Origin: a bacterium
GTDB taxonomy: Bacteria > RBG-13-61-14 > DATKZS01
Length of the DNA stretch: 64,000 nt
Direction of reading: 5' to 3'
Assembly: GCA_963674965.2 (NCBI GenBank)
Contig: CAXXFL010000001.1
Location: 672,001-736,000 of the forward strand
In this document: positions 1-7,614 of the stretch, piece after piece
Numbering within the stretch: position 1 is the first letter of the stretch
Layout: each line of letters starts with the position of its first letter
Program-made: the position numbers and the translations under genes
The notes under the pieces: model-generated
The model's database searches: none
What the model was told of the DNA's origin: nothing
What the model saw: only the letters and a program-made list of their open reading frames with translations

Positions 1-160
1 CGATTAATATAAGAAATATATGTTGTAAATAATATGATGGTATCCATTCCTTCTCAGAAATAATTTGTATAGCTATCGATTGGAATACTTCAAAAGACAT
101 TTTTAAAATGAACATATTATAAATACTGATAATTATAATGTTTGATATTATCTTTCTCAT
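1..160 (-). CDS. AT-rich hydrophobic protein, putative Rhs immunity protein (5' part; runs off the window)
   Basis: Hand-translated MRKIISNIIIISIYNMFILKMSFEVFQSIAIQIISEKEWIPSYYLQHIFLILI...; AGGAG RBS at 170-174; lies just downstream of the toxin-remnant stop; FEVFQSIAI...W.P resembles IEIFKTIAI...WP of 15207..15791. Confidence 0.7.
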   Translation of the reverse strand, partial: MRKIISNIIIISIYNMFILKMSFEVFQSIAIQIISEKEWIPSYYLQHIFLILI

Positions 161-559
161 AGCGTAATTCTCCTAATGATAGTTGAATGGTACTTCATTC
201 AACCCAAAGCCTCTCATCTTCCCAGGCTCGATTATAACAATCTAGTGTCCCCCAAATGCATTTATTTACAGAGGCGCCGCCTGAGCATTTTTTTCTTTCA
301 AGACCAAGTTTGTCCTGGTTCAGCGGGAAATGGAGTACCCCCGCTTTTGCTAAGTGAGTACGGCCTTCGCACTCACCCTCAAGATTCCGCCCTTCGGGCG
401 GGAGTTTTAAGAAGGCATTGGGGGTCTATCGTTTGATGAGTTTAGGCCGGGCGCTGAGGGTGTTCCCCAACGCCCTCTCATCAACGCGATGAGCCCCGCC
501 GGGCTATCCCTCGGCGGGTTGCTCTCCAGCAGTGCCCGCCTCTGTTTCACCCGGCAAGC

Positions 560-1516
560 TCAGGCTACTCCAACCGCCAACGCCATGTCAAGCCCGCCGC
601 GTTCGACCATCCGCCGCCGCTTCCGCTCTTCCCGCGCCGCTTCCAGCTTCAGGTCCCGAGCCGCCCAAATCTCCGCCTCCCGGCCAGCCAGTTTGTCCGC
701 CGGCGCAATGTAACCGATCGCGCTGTGCAACCGCACGTTGTTGTAATGCTCCACATACTCGCCCACGATCCGTTTGGCCTCATCCAAACTAAGCGGCGTC
801 TTCGGACGGATGCATTCCTTCTTCAGCGTTTGATACCACCGCTCCTTCTTGCCGTTGCTTTGCGGATAGTACGGCGAGGTCCGAACGTGCGTCATCCCGC
901 TCACTCGGATGAACTCCTTGAAATCCCGGGCGATGAACTGCGGCCCATTGTCCGAGATGATGCGAGGCCGAGCAGCCGGATACTTCTCCTTCGCCCGCTC
1001 CAGGATCACTTCAACCTCCCACTCCTTCATGCTCTCTCGAATGTCCCAGTGGACCAGGTAGCGGCTTTGGCCGTCAATCACGCTGAACAGGTAATAAAAC
1101 GTCCCGCAAATATTGATGTGGCTCACGTCAATGTGCCAGTGTTCATGCGGCCTTTCGGGCTGCTCGAAACCCGTGCCCTTCAGCGACGGCTGGCCCGAAA
1201 ACCGACCCAGCAAACCCGCTTCCGACAGCACCCGGTAAACGCTCGCCGGAGACACGCATACCAGATTCTCATCAAGCATCATGAACGCCAGCCGGCGGTA
1301 ACCCTCCAGCGGGTGATCGAAATGATAGCGGATGATCGCCTGCTTCTCCCAATCCAAAAGCCAATGGTCCCGAGGGACCTTGCCGTTGTGCTCGTTGGCC
1401 AGGCCGTAGCGCTTCTTCCAGTCGTAGTACTTCGAGCTCGATATCCCCAGCCAATCGATCAGACGGGCCGCCGGAAGCTCCGCGCGGGAAAGCCAGTAGC
1501 CGACGTAGTCAACCAC
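560..1516 (-). CDS. IS3 transposase OrfB (rve integrase core, DDE)
   Basis: WHIDVSHI, IISDNGPQF, PQSNGKKERW and YNNVRLHSAIGY motifs; in the -1 frame relative to OrfA. Confidence 0.95.
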   Translation of the reverse strand: MVDYVGYWLSRAELPAARLIDWLGISSSKYYDWKKRYGLANEHNGKVPRDHWLLDWEKQAIIRYHFDHPLEGYRRLAFMMLDENLVCVSPASVYRVLSEAGLLGRFSGQPSLKGTGFEQPERPHEHWHIDVSHINICGTFYYLFSVIDGQSRYLVHWDIRESMKEWEVEVILERAKEKYPAARPRIISDNGPQFIARDFKEFIRVSGMTHVRTSPYYPQSNGKKERWYQTLKKECIRPKTPLSLDEAKRIVGEYVEHYNNVRLHSAIGYIAPADKLAGREAEIWAARDLKLEAAREERKRRRMVERGGLDMALAVGVA

Positions 1517-1533
1517 CTCGTCCCGCGTGTCGG

Positions 1534-1576
1534 GGGGGACCCATGCGGCCCTCAGAGGTCCCCAAGCTCTTTTTTT
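1534..1576 (-). promoter_or_regulatory. Programmed -1 ribosomal frameshift signal of the IS3 element
   Basis: A-AAA-AAG slippery site (1576-1569) followed by a GGGGACC...GGTCCCC hairpin on the minus strand. Confidence 0.85.
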
Positions 1577-1860
1577 AACTTGACGTGGTCCTCCATCAGC
1601 TCTGAAATCACCTCGTCCTTCTTCCGAAGCTTGGCTTCCAGCGCCTCGATCCGCTCTGCCTCGCGCCGCTCCGGCCGGGAGGGCTGCCGTTCGAAGGCCG
1701 CCGCGCCGTTTTCAAAGAACTGCTTCTGCCAGTTGTAGAACTGGGTCGGCTGAATCCGCTCCTGCTCGCAAAGCTCCGACACTGCCACCTTGTCAACCAG
1801 GTGCCGCCTCAGCACCCGAACCTTCTCCTCCGCCGTAAATCTTCTTCGTCTCCCTTCCAT
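1552..1860 (-). CDS. IS3 transposase OrfA (HTH)
   Basis: RRFTAEEKVRVL...FYNWQKQF HTH_Tnp_1-like pattern with a coiled-coil tail. Confidence 0.93.
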   Translation of the reverse strand: MEGRRRRFTAEEKVRVLRRHLVDKVAVSELCEQERIQPTQFYNWQKQFFENGAAAFERQPSRPERREAERIEALEAKLRKKDEVISELMEDHVKLKKELGDL

Positions 1861-2119
1861 CGTCCCGCCTCCTTCTCGATATAACTATCCTCGCGGAGGC
1901 GTTCTCCATTTTCAACTGAGGCAGGACAAGTTGAATGATTGTATTATTAACGGCATCAGTGAAATCTGTTCCATCAGTCAGCATTGGCGCTATAATTGAA
2001 CCAAATAAAATTGTATCAGCCACCTGTAATTTTCGGGACCACGTCATTAGATGAAAATCATTAGTGAATTTATCTAGCACATGTGCCATAGCACTTGTAT
2101 TGCATGCTAATAAAATAAT

Positions 2120-3468
2120 GGGTCTTCCCAAGAATCTGTGGGTGTTCTTTGACATAGTTTAGTTGAAAAGCACGGTCGTTTCAGGCTAATAGGGTTATGC
2201 GAAAACAATCCTGAAGCCTGAAGGAGTCGACCGTGCTTGTAGAGAGTCTTGTACGAGAAACGCTTGGCGTCAAGGATCACAAGGTTAAGAGCGTCAGCGG
2301 AGACGCGGCGGGGCTTACGGTTCTTATGGATCGCAAGAAGCTTCGGAAGCTCACCTGCTCTTGTTGCGGCTCTCGATCTTGGGTTTACGACACGCTTGCC
2401 GAGAGGACCTGGCGTCATGTTCCGTTGTGGGGCATCCCCGTGACCATCGTTTACAGCCCGCGCCGGGTGAACTGCCCAAATTGCGGCGTCAAGGTCGAGC
2501 AGGTCCCGTGGGGAATGGGCAAAAGTCGGCTCTCCCTGCCGCTGATCATCGTGCTCGCCGCCTGGGCCAGGCTCCTGGCCGTCGGCGTCGTGGCCGACCT
2601 TTTCGGCTTGAGTTGGTCCACGGTGGGGGCGGCGGTCAAGCACGCGGTGGCTTACGGCCTCGAACACCGCGACGTTTCCGGCGTGCTTTACATCGGGATC
2701 GACGAGGTCTCTCGCAAAAAAGGCCACGTCTATCACACCCAGGTTTACGAGATCGGCAAGAGGCGGCGTCTTTTGTGGTCCGGAGAGGGGCGCAAGAAAG
2801 AGACGCTGGAACGTTTTTTCGATGAACTTGGCGAGGAGGGGGTTGCCGCCATCCAGGGCGTCTGTTGCGACATGTGGGCGCCTTACGTGGACGTCATCAA
2901 GGAGAAGGCGCCCAAGGCGGTCCTTGTTTTTGACAAATTCCACCTTGTCCGCCACTTGAACGACGCCGTGGACAAGGTGAGAAAAAAGGAAGCCGAGAAG
3001 CTCAAGGAAAAGGACCCGGAGCTTTTGAAGGGCACGAAATACATCTGGCTCAAAAACCCCTGGAACCTGACGCCCAAACAGAAACAGCGGCTTGGTTACC
3101 TGGAGAGCATGAACCTTAAGATCAACCGCGCTTACCTTCTCAAGGAGAGCTTCCGTGAATTGTGGTCCTATCAGAGCAAGGGTTGGGCCAAGCGTTATTT
3201 GAACAAGTGGTTCTGGTGGGCGACCCACTCTCGCCTGGAACCGATGCGTGATTTTGCCTGGCTTCTTCGCCGTCATGAGGAAGACGTCCTTAATTGGTTC
3301 AACGTTCCGATCGATAATGGGGCGGTGGAGGCAATGAACAACAACGCCAAGGCCATCAGTCACCGAGCCAGAGGTTACAGGAGCGAAAAATGGTTCACCC
3401 TGATACAATTACATTGCCTGGGTCAAATGCCCATGCCGGAATCCACCCACAGATTTGCGTAAGGAGCC
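2120..3468 (+). mobile_element. ISL3-family insertion sequence
   Basis: IRs GGGTCTTCCCAAGAATCTGTGGGTG / GGCTCCTTACGCAAATCTGTGGGTG (18/25); flanks AAAATAAT and AGATTTTT are not duplicated. Confidence 0.9.
2233..3462 (+). CDS. ISL3 transposase
   Basis: Zinc finger CSCC...CPNC; IGIDE, CCDMWAPY, FDKFH and NGAVEAMNN motifs. Confidence 0.95.
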   Translation: MLVESLVRETLGVKDHKVKSVSGDAAGLTVLMDRKKLRKLTCSCCGSRSWVYDTLAERTWRHVPLWGIPVTIVYSPRRVNCPNCGVKVEQVPWGMGKSRLSLPLIIVLAAWARLLAVGVVADLFGLSWSTVGAAVKHAVAYGLEHRDVSGVLYIGIDEVSRKKGHVYHTQVYEIGKRRRLLWSGEGRKKETLERFFDELGEEGVAAIQGVCCDMWAPYVDVIKEKAPKAVLVFDKFHLVRHLNDAVDKVRKKEAEKLKEKDPELLKGTKYIWLKNPWNLTPKQKQRLGYLESMNLKINRAYLLKESFRELWSYQSKGWAKRYLNKWFWWATHSRLEPMRDFAWLLRRHEEDVLNWFNVPIDNGAVEAMNNNAKAISHRARGYRSEKWFTLIQLHCLGQMPMPESTHRFA

Positions 3469-3533
3469 AGATTTTTTTCTCCAGCCAATAATGCCCCTAA
3501 TCAAAATCTAACGTTTTTTTGACTCCTTACGGC

Positions 3534-3561
3534 TTGACAAGTGAAAAAGCGGCCTTAAACT
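3534..3561 (+). promoter_or_regulatory. sigma70-type promoter
   Basis: TTGACA-16-TAAACT upstream of 3597. Confidence 0.55.
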
Positions 3562-3596
3562 CTTGGTATATTCAAAAAAGAAAGGAGAAAGAAAAG

Positions 3597-3776
3597 ATGG
3601 CGGACGAAAAATCATTCAAGGGAAGCAAGACGAATTTTGTTTGGGTCAAGGACAGGGCTGGAAACGAGTTCCTCTGCCCGGCCGGTTCTCTAAAGGATCC
3701 CAAGGACGCTACTGAGGCCGAGTTGGCCAACTGCGTTGACGACGCTACGGCGAGCGTGAACCCCAGAGGCGGATAA
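3597..3776 (+). CDS. Small hypothetical protein (59 aa, ends in RGG)
   Basis: AGGAG RBS, upstream promoter and downstream hairpin; MADEKSFKGSKTNFVWVKDRAGNEFLCP...NPRGG. Confidence 0.75.
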   Translation: MADEKSFKGSKTNFVWVKDRAGNEFLCPAGSLKDPKDATEAELANCVDDATASVNPRGG

Positions 3777-3798
3777 TACAAAAGAGAGATAACCCGGC

Positions 3799-3829
3799 CG
3801 AGTCTTGGAGAACTTGTTTCCAAGACTCG
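3799..3829 (+). terminator. Hairpin after the small ORF
   Basis: 11-bp perfect stem CGAGTCTTGGA/TCCAAGACTCG; weak U-tract. Confidence 0.5.
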
Positions 3830-4378
3830 TATTAATATTCCGGGAAAACCAGTCCGAAAAATCTCGAGTAGTCGGCTGAGTGCCCGGTTGCACGGGGTGG
3901 ACAATGCAATATTGTCCCCAATATTGCGTGGGCGGCGAAGCCCCGGGCTGATCGCTTCCGACGCCAATCGTATTGAAAGGCCTTTTTCAAGTGGAGGAGC
4001 TAAAAACAATCCGTACACATTATTTTAGAAATAGCAATACTCAGCCCTTGGCTACGCCACCAATGCATTTTGTAAAAATGCATGATGGGCCACCCTCGAT
4101 CGATTGTTTATGGTATATCTCACAATCTAATCTCTATAACAACGGATACTCAAGCGCCCGATGACCTGTTTCCCCAAGCGGGACGCCCGCGGTTTTTTCA
4201 AAACCTTGTGCGCCACCCGCCAAATGAAGATGGAAGATTCTCTAAACCTTTCCAGTGGAAAAGTCGCGCGCACCATCCACGGCTTGACCGGTTCGACTTG
4301 AACGTATATACAAGGTGGGAGAGGATGGATCAGCGTTCGTGATTTGACTTTAGCCGGCTTAAGGAAGGAGAGGAGAAG

Positions 4379-5566
4379 ATGAGACCTATATCCAGACGAG
4401 ACGCGATGAAGATGGGAGGGGCCGTAGCGGGAGCCGCCGCGATTTCTCCGCGGGTGGCGGCGGCGAGAAAAGAGCTTGACGCGGACCTTTACATTTTTCC
4501 GCCCGAGGGGCAGGACGGGAAGCGGGTGATCGAGCCGCCCCCTCCGTCCATCGTCGAGGACGGCAAAATACGGCTCGGCCATTTCACCGAGCCCTGCCGA
4601 GACATGAACCTTCTCGAGGCAAAGCTTTTCAAGGGAGGCGAGTTGACCGTCTCGGGCCGTCCCCGGCTGCAGGAATGGGTCGGCTTCGGCATGGTCCATG
4701 ACGAATGGTACTTCGGCTCCATCATCATGGACTTCAAGCTCCTTACCATCGCCAGCGTCTACGCTATAAACCGCAAGACCGGCGACTACTTCTCCCATGG
4801 CGGCTACGACGGCGGCGGCGACTCGCGCGTGGCCAAAACCACCTGGAACGACTCGACCTATATGCGCAAGAAGAACTTTTATCTCGAGTACCAGCACGAC
4901 CTAGGCCGCGGCCGCCACCTGATCATGATCGATATCAAGGGATCGGGCAAGAAGCCGGCCCTCAAGGGCGAACTGACCTTGAGCGAGGACCTCGATCACT
5001 TTCAGCCCCAGGTCATCAGCATGCCGTCGCCTCCAAAAAATTACATGTACACCCACAAGGCCAAGATGCCAACCGAGGGATACGTGACGGTGGGCGACCA
5101 AAGGCTTGAATATGCGCCCGAGCGCAACTTCTGCAATATGGACGAGCATAAGAGCTTCCCTCCCATGCCCGCGAGTTGGACTTGGGGCACGGCCGGCGGC
5201 AAAAGCGACGACGGGACCTTCATGGCCCTGAACGTATCCGACAACTCGATGATGGACGCCGAAAAGTGGAACGAGAACTGCGTCTGGGTGGACGGCAAGA
5301 TTTCCCTTCTCGGTCCGGTCGAGTGGGAGCACGACCCTAAAAATACCATGAAGCCCTGGCGGGTCCGGGAAAGGACCGGCAGGATGGAGGCGGAGTTTAT
5401 ACCAGAGGGGGGCAAGACCTTGAACCTCAGCCCCATCGGGATCAAGTATTACCAGAAATGCGGCGTTTTCTCGGGCTTCCTGATTGGTGACGACGGGGTA
5501 AAGAGGACGTTCAAGGATTTCTACGGCCCGGCCGAGAACGGGGCCTTCTTCAAGAAGAACGGATGA
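4379..5566 (+). CDS. Tat-exported DUF2804-like protein
   Basis: SRRDAMK twin-arginine signal; YTHK, WTWG and NENCVWVDG..PW motifs typical of DUF2804. Confidence 0.7.
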   Translation: MRPISRRDAMKMGGAVAGAAAISPRVAAARKELDADLYIFPPEGQDGKRVIEPPPPSIVEDGKIRLGHFTEPCRDMNLLEAKLFKGGELTVSGRPRLQEWVGFGMVHDEWYFGSIIMDFKLLTIASVYAINRKTGDYFSHGGYDGGGDSRVAKTTWNDSTYMRKKNFYLEYQHDLGRGRHLIMIDIKGSGKKPALKGELTLSEDLDHFQPQVISMPSPPKNYMYTHKAKMPTEGYVTVGDQRLEYAPERNFCNMDEHKSFPPMPASWTWGTAGGKSDDGTFMALNVSDNSMMDAEKWNENCVWVDGKISLLGPVEWEHDPKNTMKPWRVRERTGRMEAEFIPEGGKTLNLSPIGIKYYQKCGVFSGFLIGDDGVKRTFKDFYGPAENGAFFKKNG

Positions 5567-5577
5567 GGGGGGCCGGC

Positions 5578-5910
5578 TCAGCCCGCGATGGGGGATGAGT
5601 ACTCGGTCCCGTCCTCCTCGAAGGCGGTCACGCGGTTGAAGAGCTTAAGGCGGCCGCAGTCATAGGAGCAGTAAAAGGCCAGGGCCTCGCCCGGCTCGAT
5701 GGTCTGGACTCCGTGGGGGAAGAGGTAATCGATCATCTCTTTTCCGTGGGGTCCCTCGAGGAGGACCATGCTTTGCAGCCTGACCCTTTCGTCGCCCGAG
5801 TTACGGGCCGTGACCTCGAGGTTCATGCCGTTCATGGAACAGCACTTCATCTCCAGCACGTCCTCCACGAGGGAGTCCCGGTATAGTACTATCTGGACCG
5901 ACTTGGCCAT
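5578..5910 (-). CDS. Hypothetical protein (110 aa)
   Basis: MAKSVQIVLYRDSL... GC3-rich frame downstream of the acyl-CoA dehydrogenase; start chosen at ATG 5910. Confidence 0.65.
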   Translation of the reverse strand: MAKSVQIVLYRDSLVEDVLEMKCCSMNGMNLEVTARNSGDERVRLQSMVLLEGPHGKEMIDYLFPHGVQTIEPGEALAFYCSYDCGRLKLFNRVTAFEEDGTEYSSPIAG

Positions 5911-5966
5911 TGGGGTAGGTAAAGATGGGAACGCCCCGAAGGCCGAGGCGTTCCCTCTCGATCGGA

Positions 5967-7112
5967 TCAGGCCAGCTTGGTGCGGCTGATGATTTCCTTC
6001 ATGATCTCGTTGGTGCCGGCGAAAATGGCCTGGACCCGGCAGTCGCGGTAAGCGCGGGCAATGGGATATTCCTCCATGTATCCGTAGCCGCCGAAGAACT
6101 GGAGGCACTCGTCCACGATCCTCTTAAGCTGGTCCGTGGTCCAGTACTTGGCCATGGCCGTCTCGACGTCCACGTTCTTGTGTTCCATATGGGCCTTCAC
6201 GAGCTGGTCCACGAAGACCTGGCTCATCTCGGCGATGGTGTACATCTCCGCCATTTTGAATCGAGTGTTCTGGAAACGACCGATGGGACGGCCGAAAGCC
6301 TTGCGCTCGTTGATATATTCCTTGGTTAGCGAAAGGGCGCGCCATATTCCCGCGATGCATCCCACCGAGCAGACCAGCCTCTCCTGCTGTAGTTCCATCA
6401 TGAGTTGGAGGAACCCCTGGCCCTCCTGCCCGAGCAGGTTGGACTTGGGCACGCGGCAGTCCTCGAAGCTGAGCTCGGCCGTGTCCTGCGAGTGCCAGCC
6501 GATCTTCTCCAGGTTCTGGCCCTTTTTATAGCCGGGCGTCCCGGCCTCGATGACCAGAAGCGACAAGCCCTTGTAGGCGGGCTCGGCCTTGGTATCGGTT
6601 TTGACGGCCACGACCACCAGGTCGTTAAGGATGCCGTTACTGATAAAGGTCTTCTGTCCGTTGACGATGTAATGGTCGCCGTCGGACTCGGCGGTGGCGC
6701 GGATGGCCTGAAGGTCCGAGCCGGCGTCGGGCTCGGTCATGGCCACGGCGGTGATGATCTCGCCGGTGCAACAGCCGGGGAGCCATTTCTTCTTTTGTTC
6801 CTCGTTGCCGAAGTTCGAGATGTAGGGCACGACCACGTCGGAATGAAGATTGAGAGCGAAACCCGTTACTCCGTAATTGGCCAACTCCTCGATCTGGATG
6901 ACGGAATAAAGGAAGTCCACGCCCAGGCCCCCGTATTCCTCGGGCAGCCAGGGACAGACGAACCCGTTCTCGCCCGCCTTGGTCCAGATGTCGCGGTCTA
7001 CTATCCCCTTCTTTTCCCACTCCTCGTACTTGGGAACGATTTCCCTCTCGATGAACTTCCTGAACTGTTCGCGGAACATCTCATGTTCTTGCGTGAATAG
7101 GCCCCTTTCCAT
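5967..7112 (-). CDS. Acyl-CoA dehydrogenase
   Basis: AMTEPDAGSDL, NGQKTFISNG, QFFGGYGYMEEY and IFAGTNEIMK motifs. Confidence 0.97.
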   Translation of the reverse strand: MERGLFTQEHEMFREQFRKFIEREIVPKYEEWEKKGIVDRDIWTKAGENGFVCPWLPEEYGGLGVDFLYSVIQIEELANYGVTGFALNLHSDVVVPYISNFGNEEQKKKWLPGCCTGEIITAVAMTEPDAGSDLQAIRATAESDGDHYIVNGQKTFISNGILNDLVVVAVKTDTKAEPAYKGLSLLVIEAGTPGYKKGQNLEKIGWHSQDTAELSFEDCRVPKSNLLGQEGQGFLQLMMELQQERLVCSVGCIAGIWRALSLTKEYINERKAFGRPIGRFQNTRFKMAEMYTIAEMSQVFVDQLVKAHMEHKNVDVETAMAKYWTTDQLKRIVDECLQFFGGYGYMEEYPIARAYRDCRVQAIFAGTNEIMKEIISRTKLA

Positions 7113-7147
7113 ATTGCACCTCCTAATGAATTGCCGTTCAGTTTCAA

Positions 7148-7189
7148 ATAACGAACGTTACATATACCACGCCAAAAGGACCGTTTCAA
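7148..7189 (-). promoter_or_regulatory. sigma70 promoter plus palindromic operator of the acyl-CoA dehydrogenase
   Basis: TTGAAA-17-TATATG on the minus strand, immediately followed by TAACG-TT-CGTTA. Confidence 0.6.
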
Positions 7190-7614
7190 ATGAAAAATGA
7201 AGGCAACGCTGAAAAAACCAAGATTTGAGAGATAGAGGAAAGAAAGCCGTTCTGAGTCCAGATAATTGGCCCCAATGAAGAGTCACTCAGAAAATTTTAC
7301 GCTTGCCTCTTTATCCAAATGCCAAGATAGGCTACATTGAAGCGTATTGATCTCGATCGGCGGATGAACCGATAAAGAAATTTACGGAAGACTACGTTAG
7401 CGGAAAATTGCGAGGATGAGAGAGCAATAAACGATTTGAAGTTTTCTTTTGACGTCCGGGTTAAAGTTTTTAACCTGGCCTCGGGTTTGGCAAAGGATAA
7501 GGCCTTTTCCTTTACTAAACAAACCGTTTGTTTACAGGATTTTAAAATAAGTCCTGTGGCCGAAAAACGGCGCGAGGCAATGCCCCGCGCCGCCTGATTG
7601 ACTTGGATTGGTCC

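Larger units (their letters stand above)
311..1928 (-). mobile_element. IS3-family insertion sequence
   Basis: Terminal IRs TGTCCTGGTTCAGCGGGAAATGGAGTAC / TGTCCTGCCTCAGTTGAAAATGGAGAAC (22/28); 4-bp target duplication AGTT at 307-310 and 1929-1932; OrfA/OrfB pair. Confidence 0.95.
195..2119 (-). pseudogene. Remnant of an Rhs C-terminal caspase/CHAT-like domain, split by IS3 and 5'-truncated by ISL3
   Basis: Joining 2119-1929 to 306-195 (one AGTT copy kept) gives an open 100-aa frame IILLACNTSAMAHVLDKFTNDFHLMTW...FTDAVNNTIIQLGLERKKCSGGASVNKCIWGTLDCYNRAWEDERLWVE*, which aligns with the Rhs CT at 13569-15192. Confidence 0.8.

Noticed and set aside
246-270. TGTCC at 246 as the IS3 end
   Set aside because: The IR match and AGTT duplication place the end at 311; 195-310 is toxin coding sequence.
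7200-7600. Inverted repeats between the acyl-CoA dehydrogenase and the FG-GAP gene as a MITE or ncRNA
   Set aside because: Short imperfect hairpins with no terminal-repeat/target-duplication structure and no second copy in the window.
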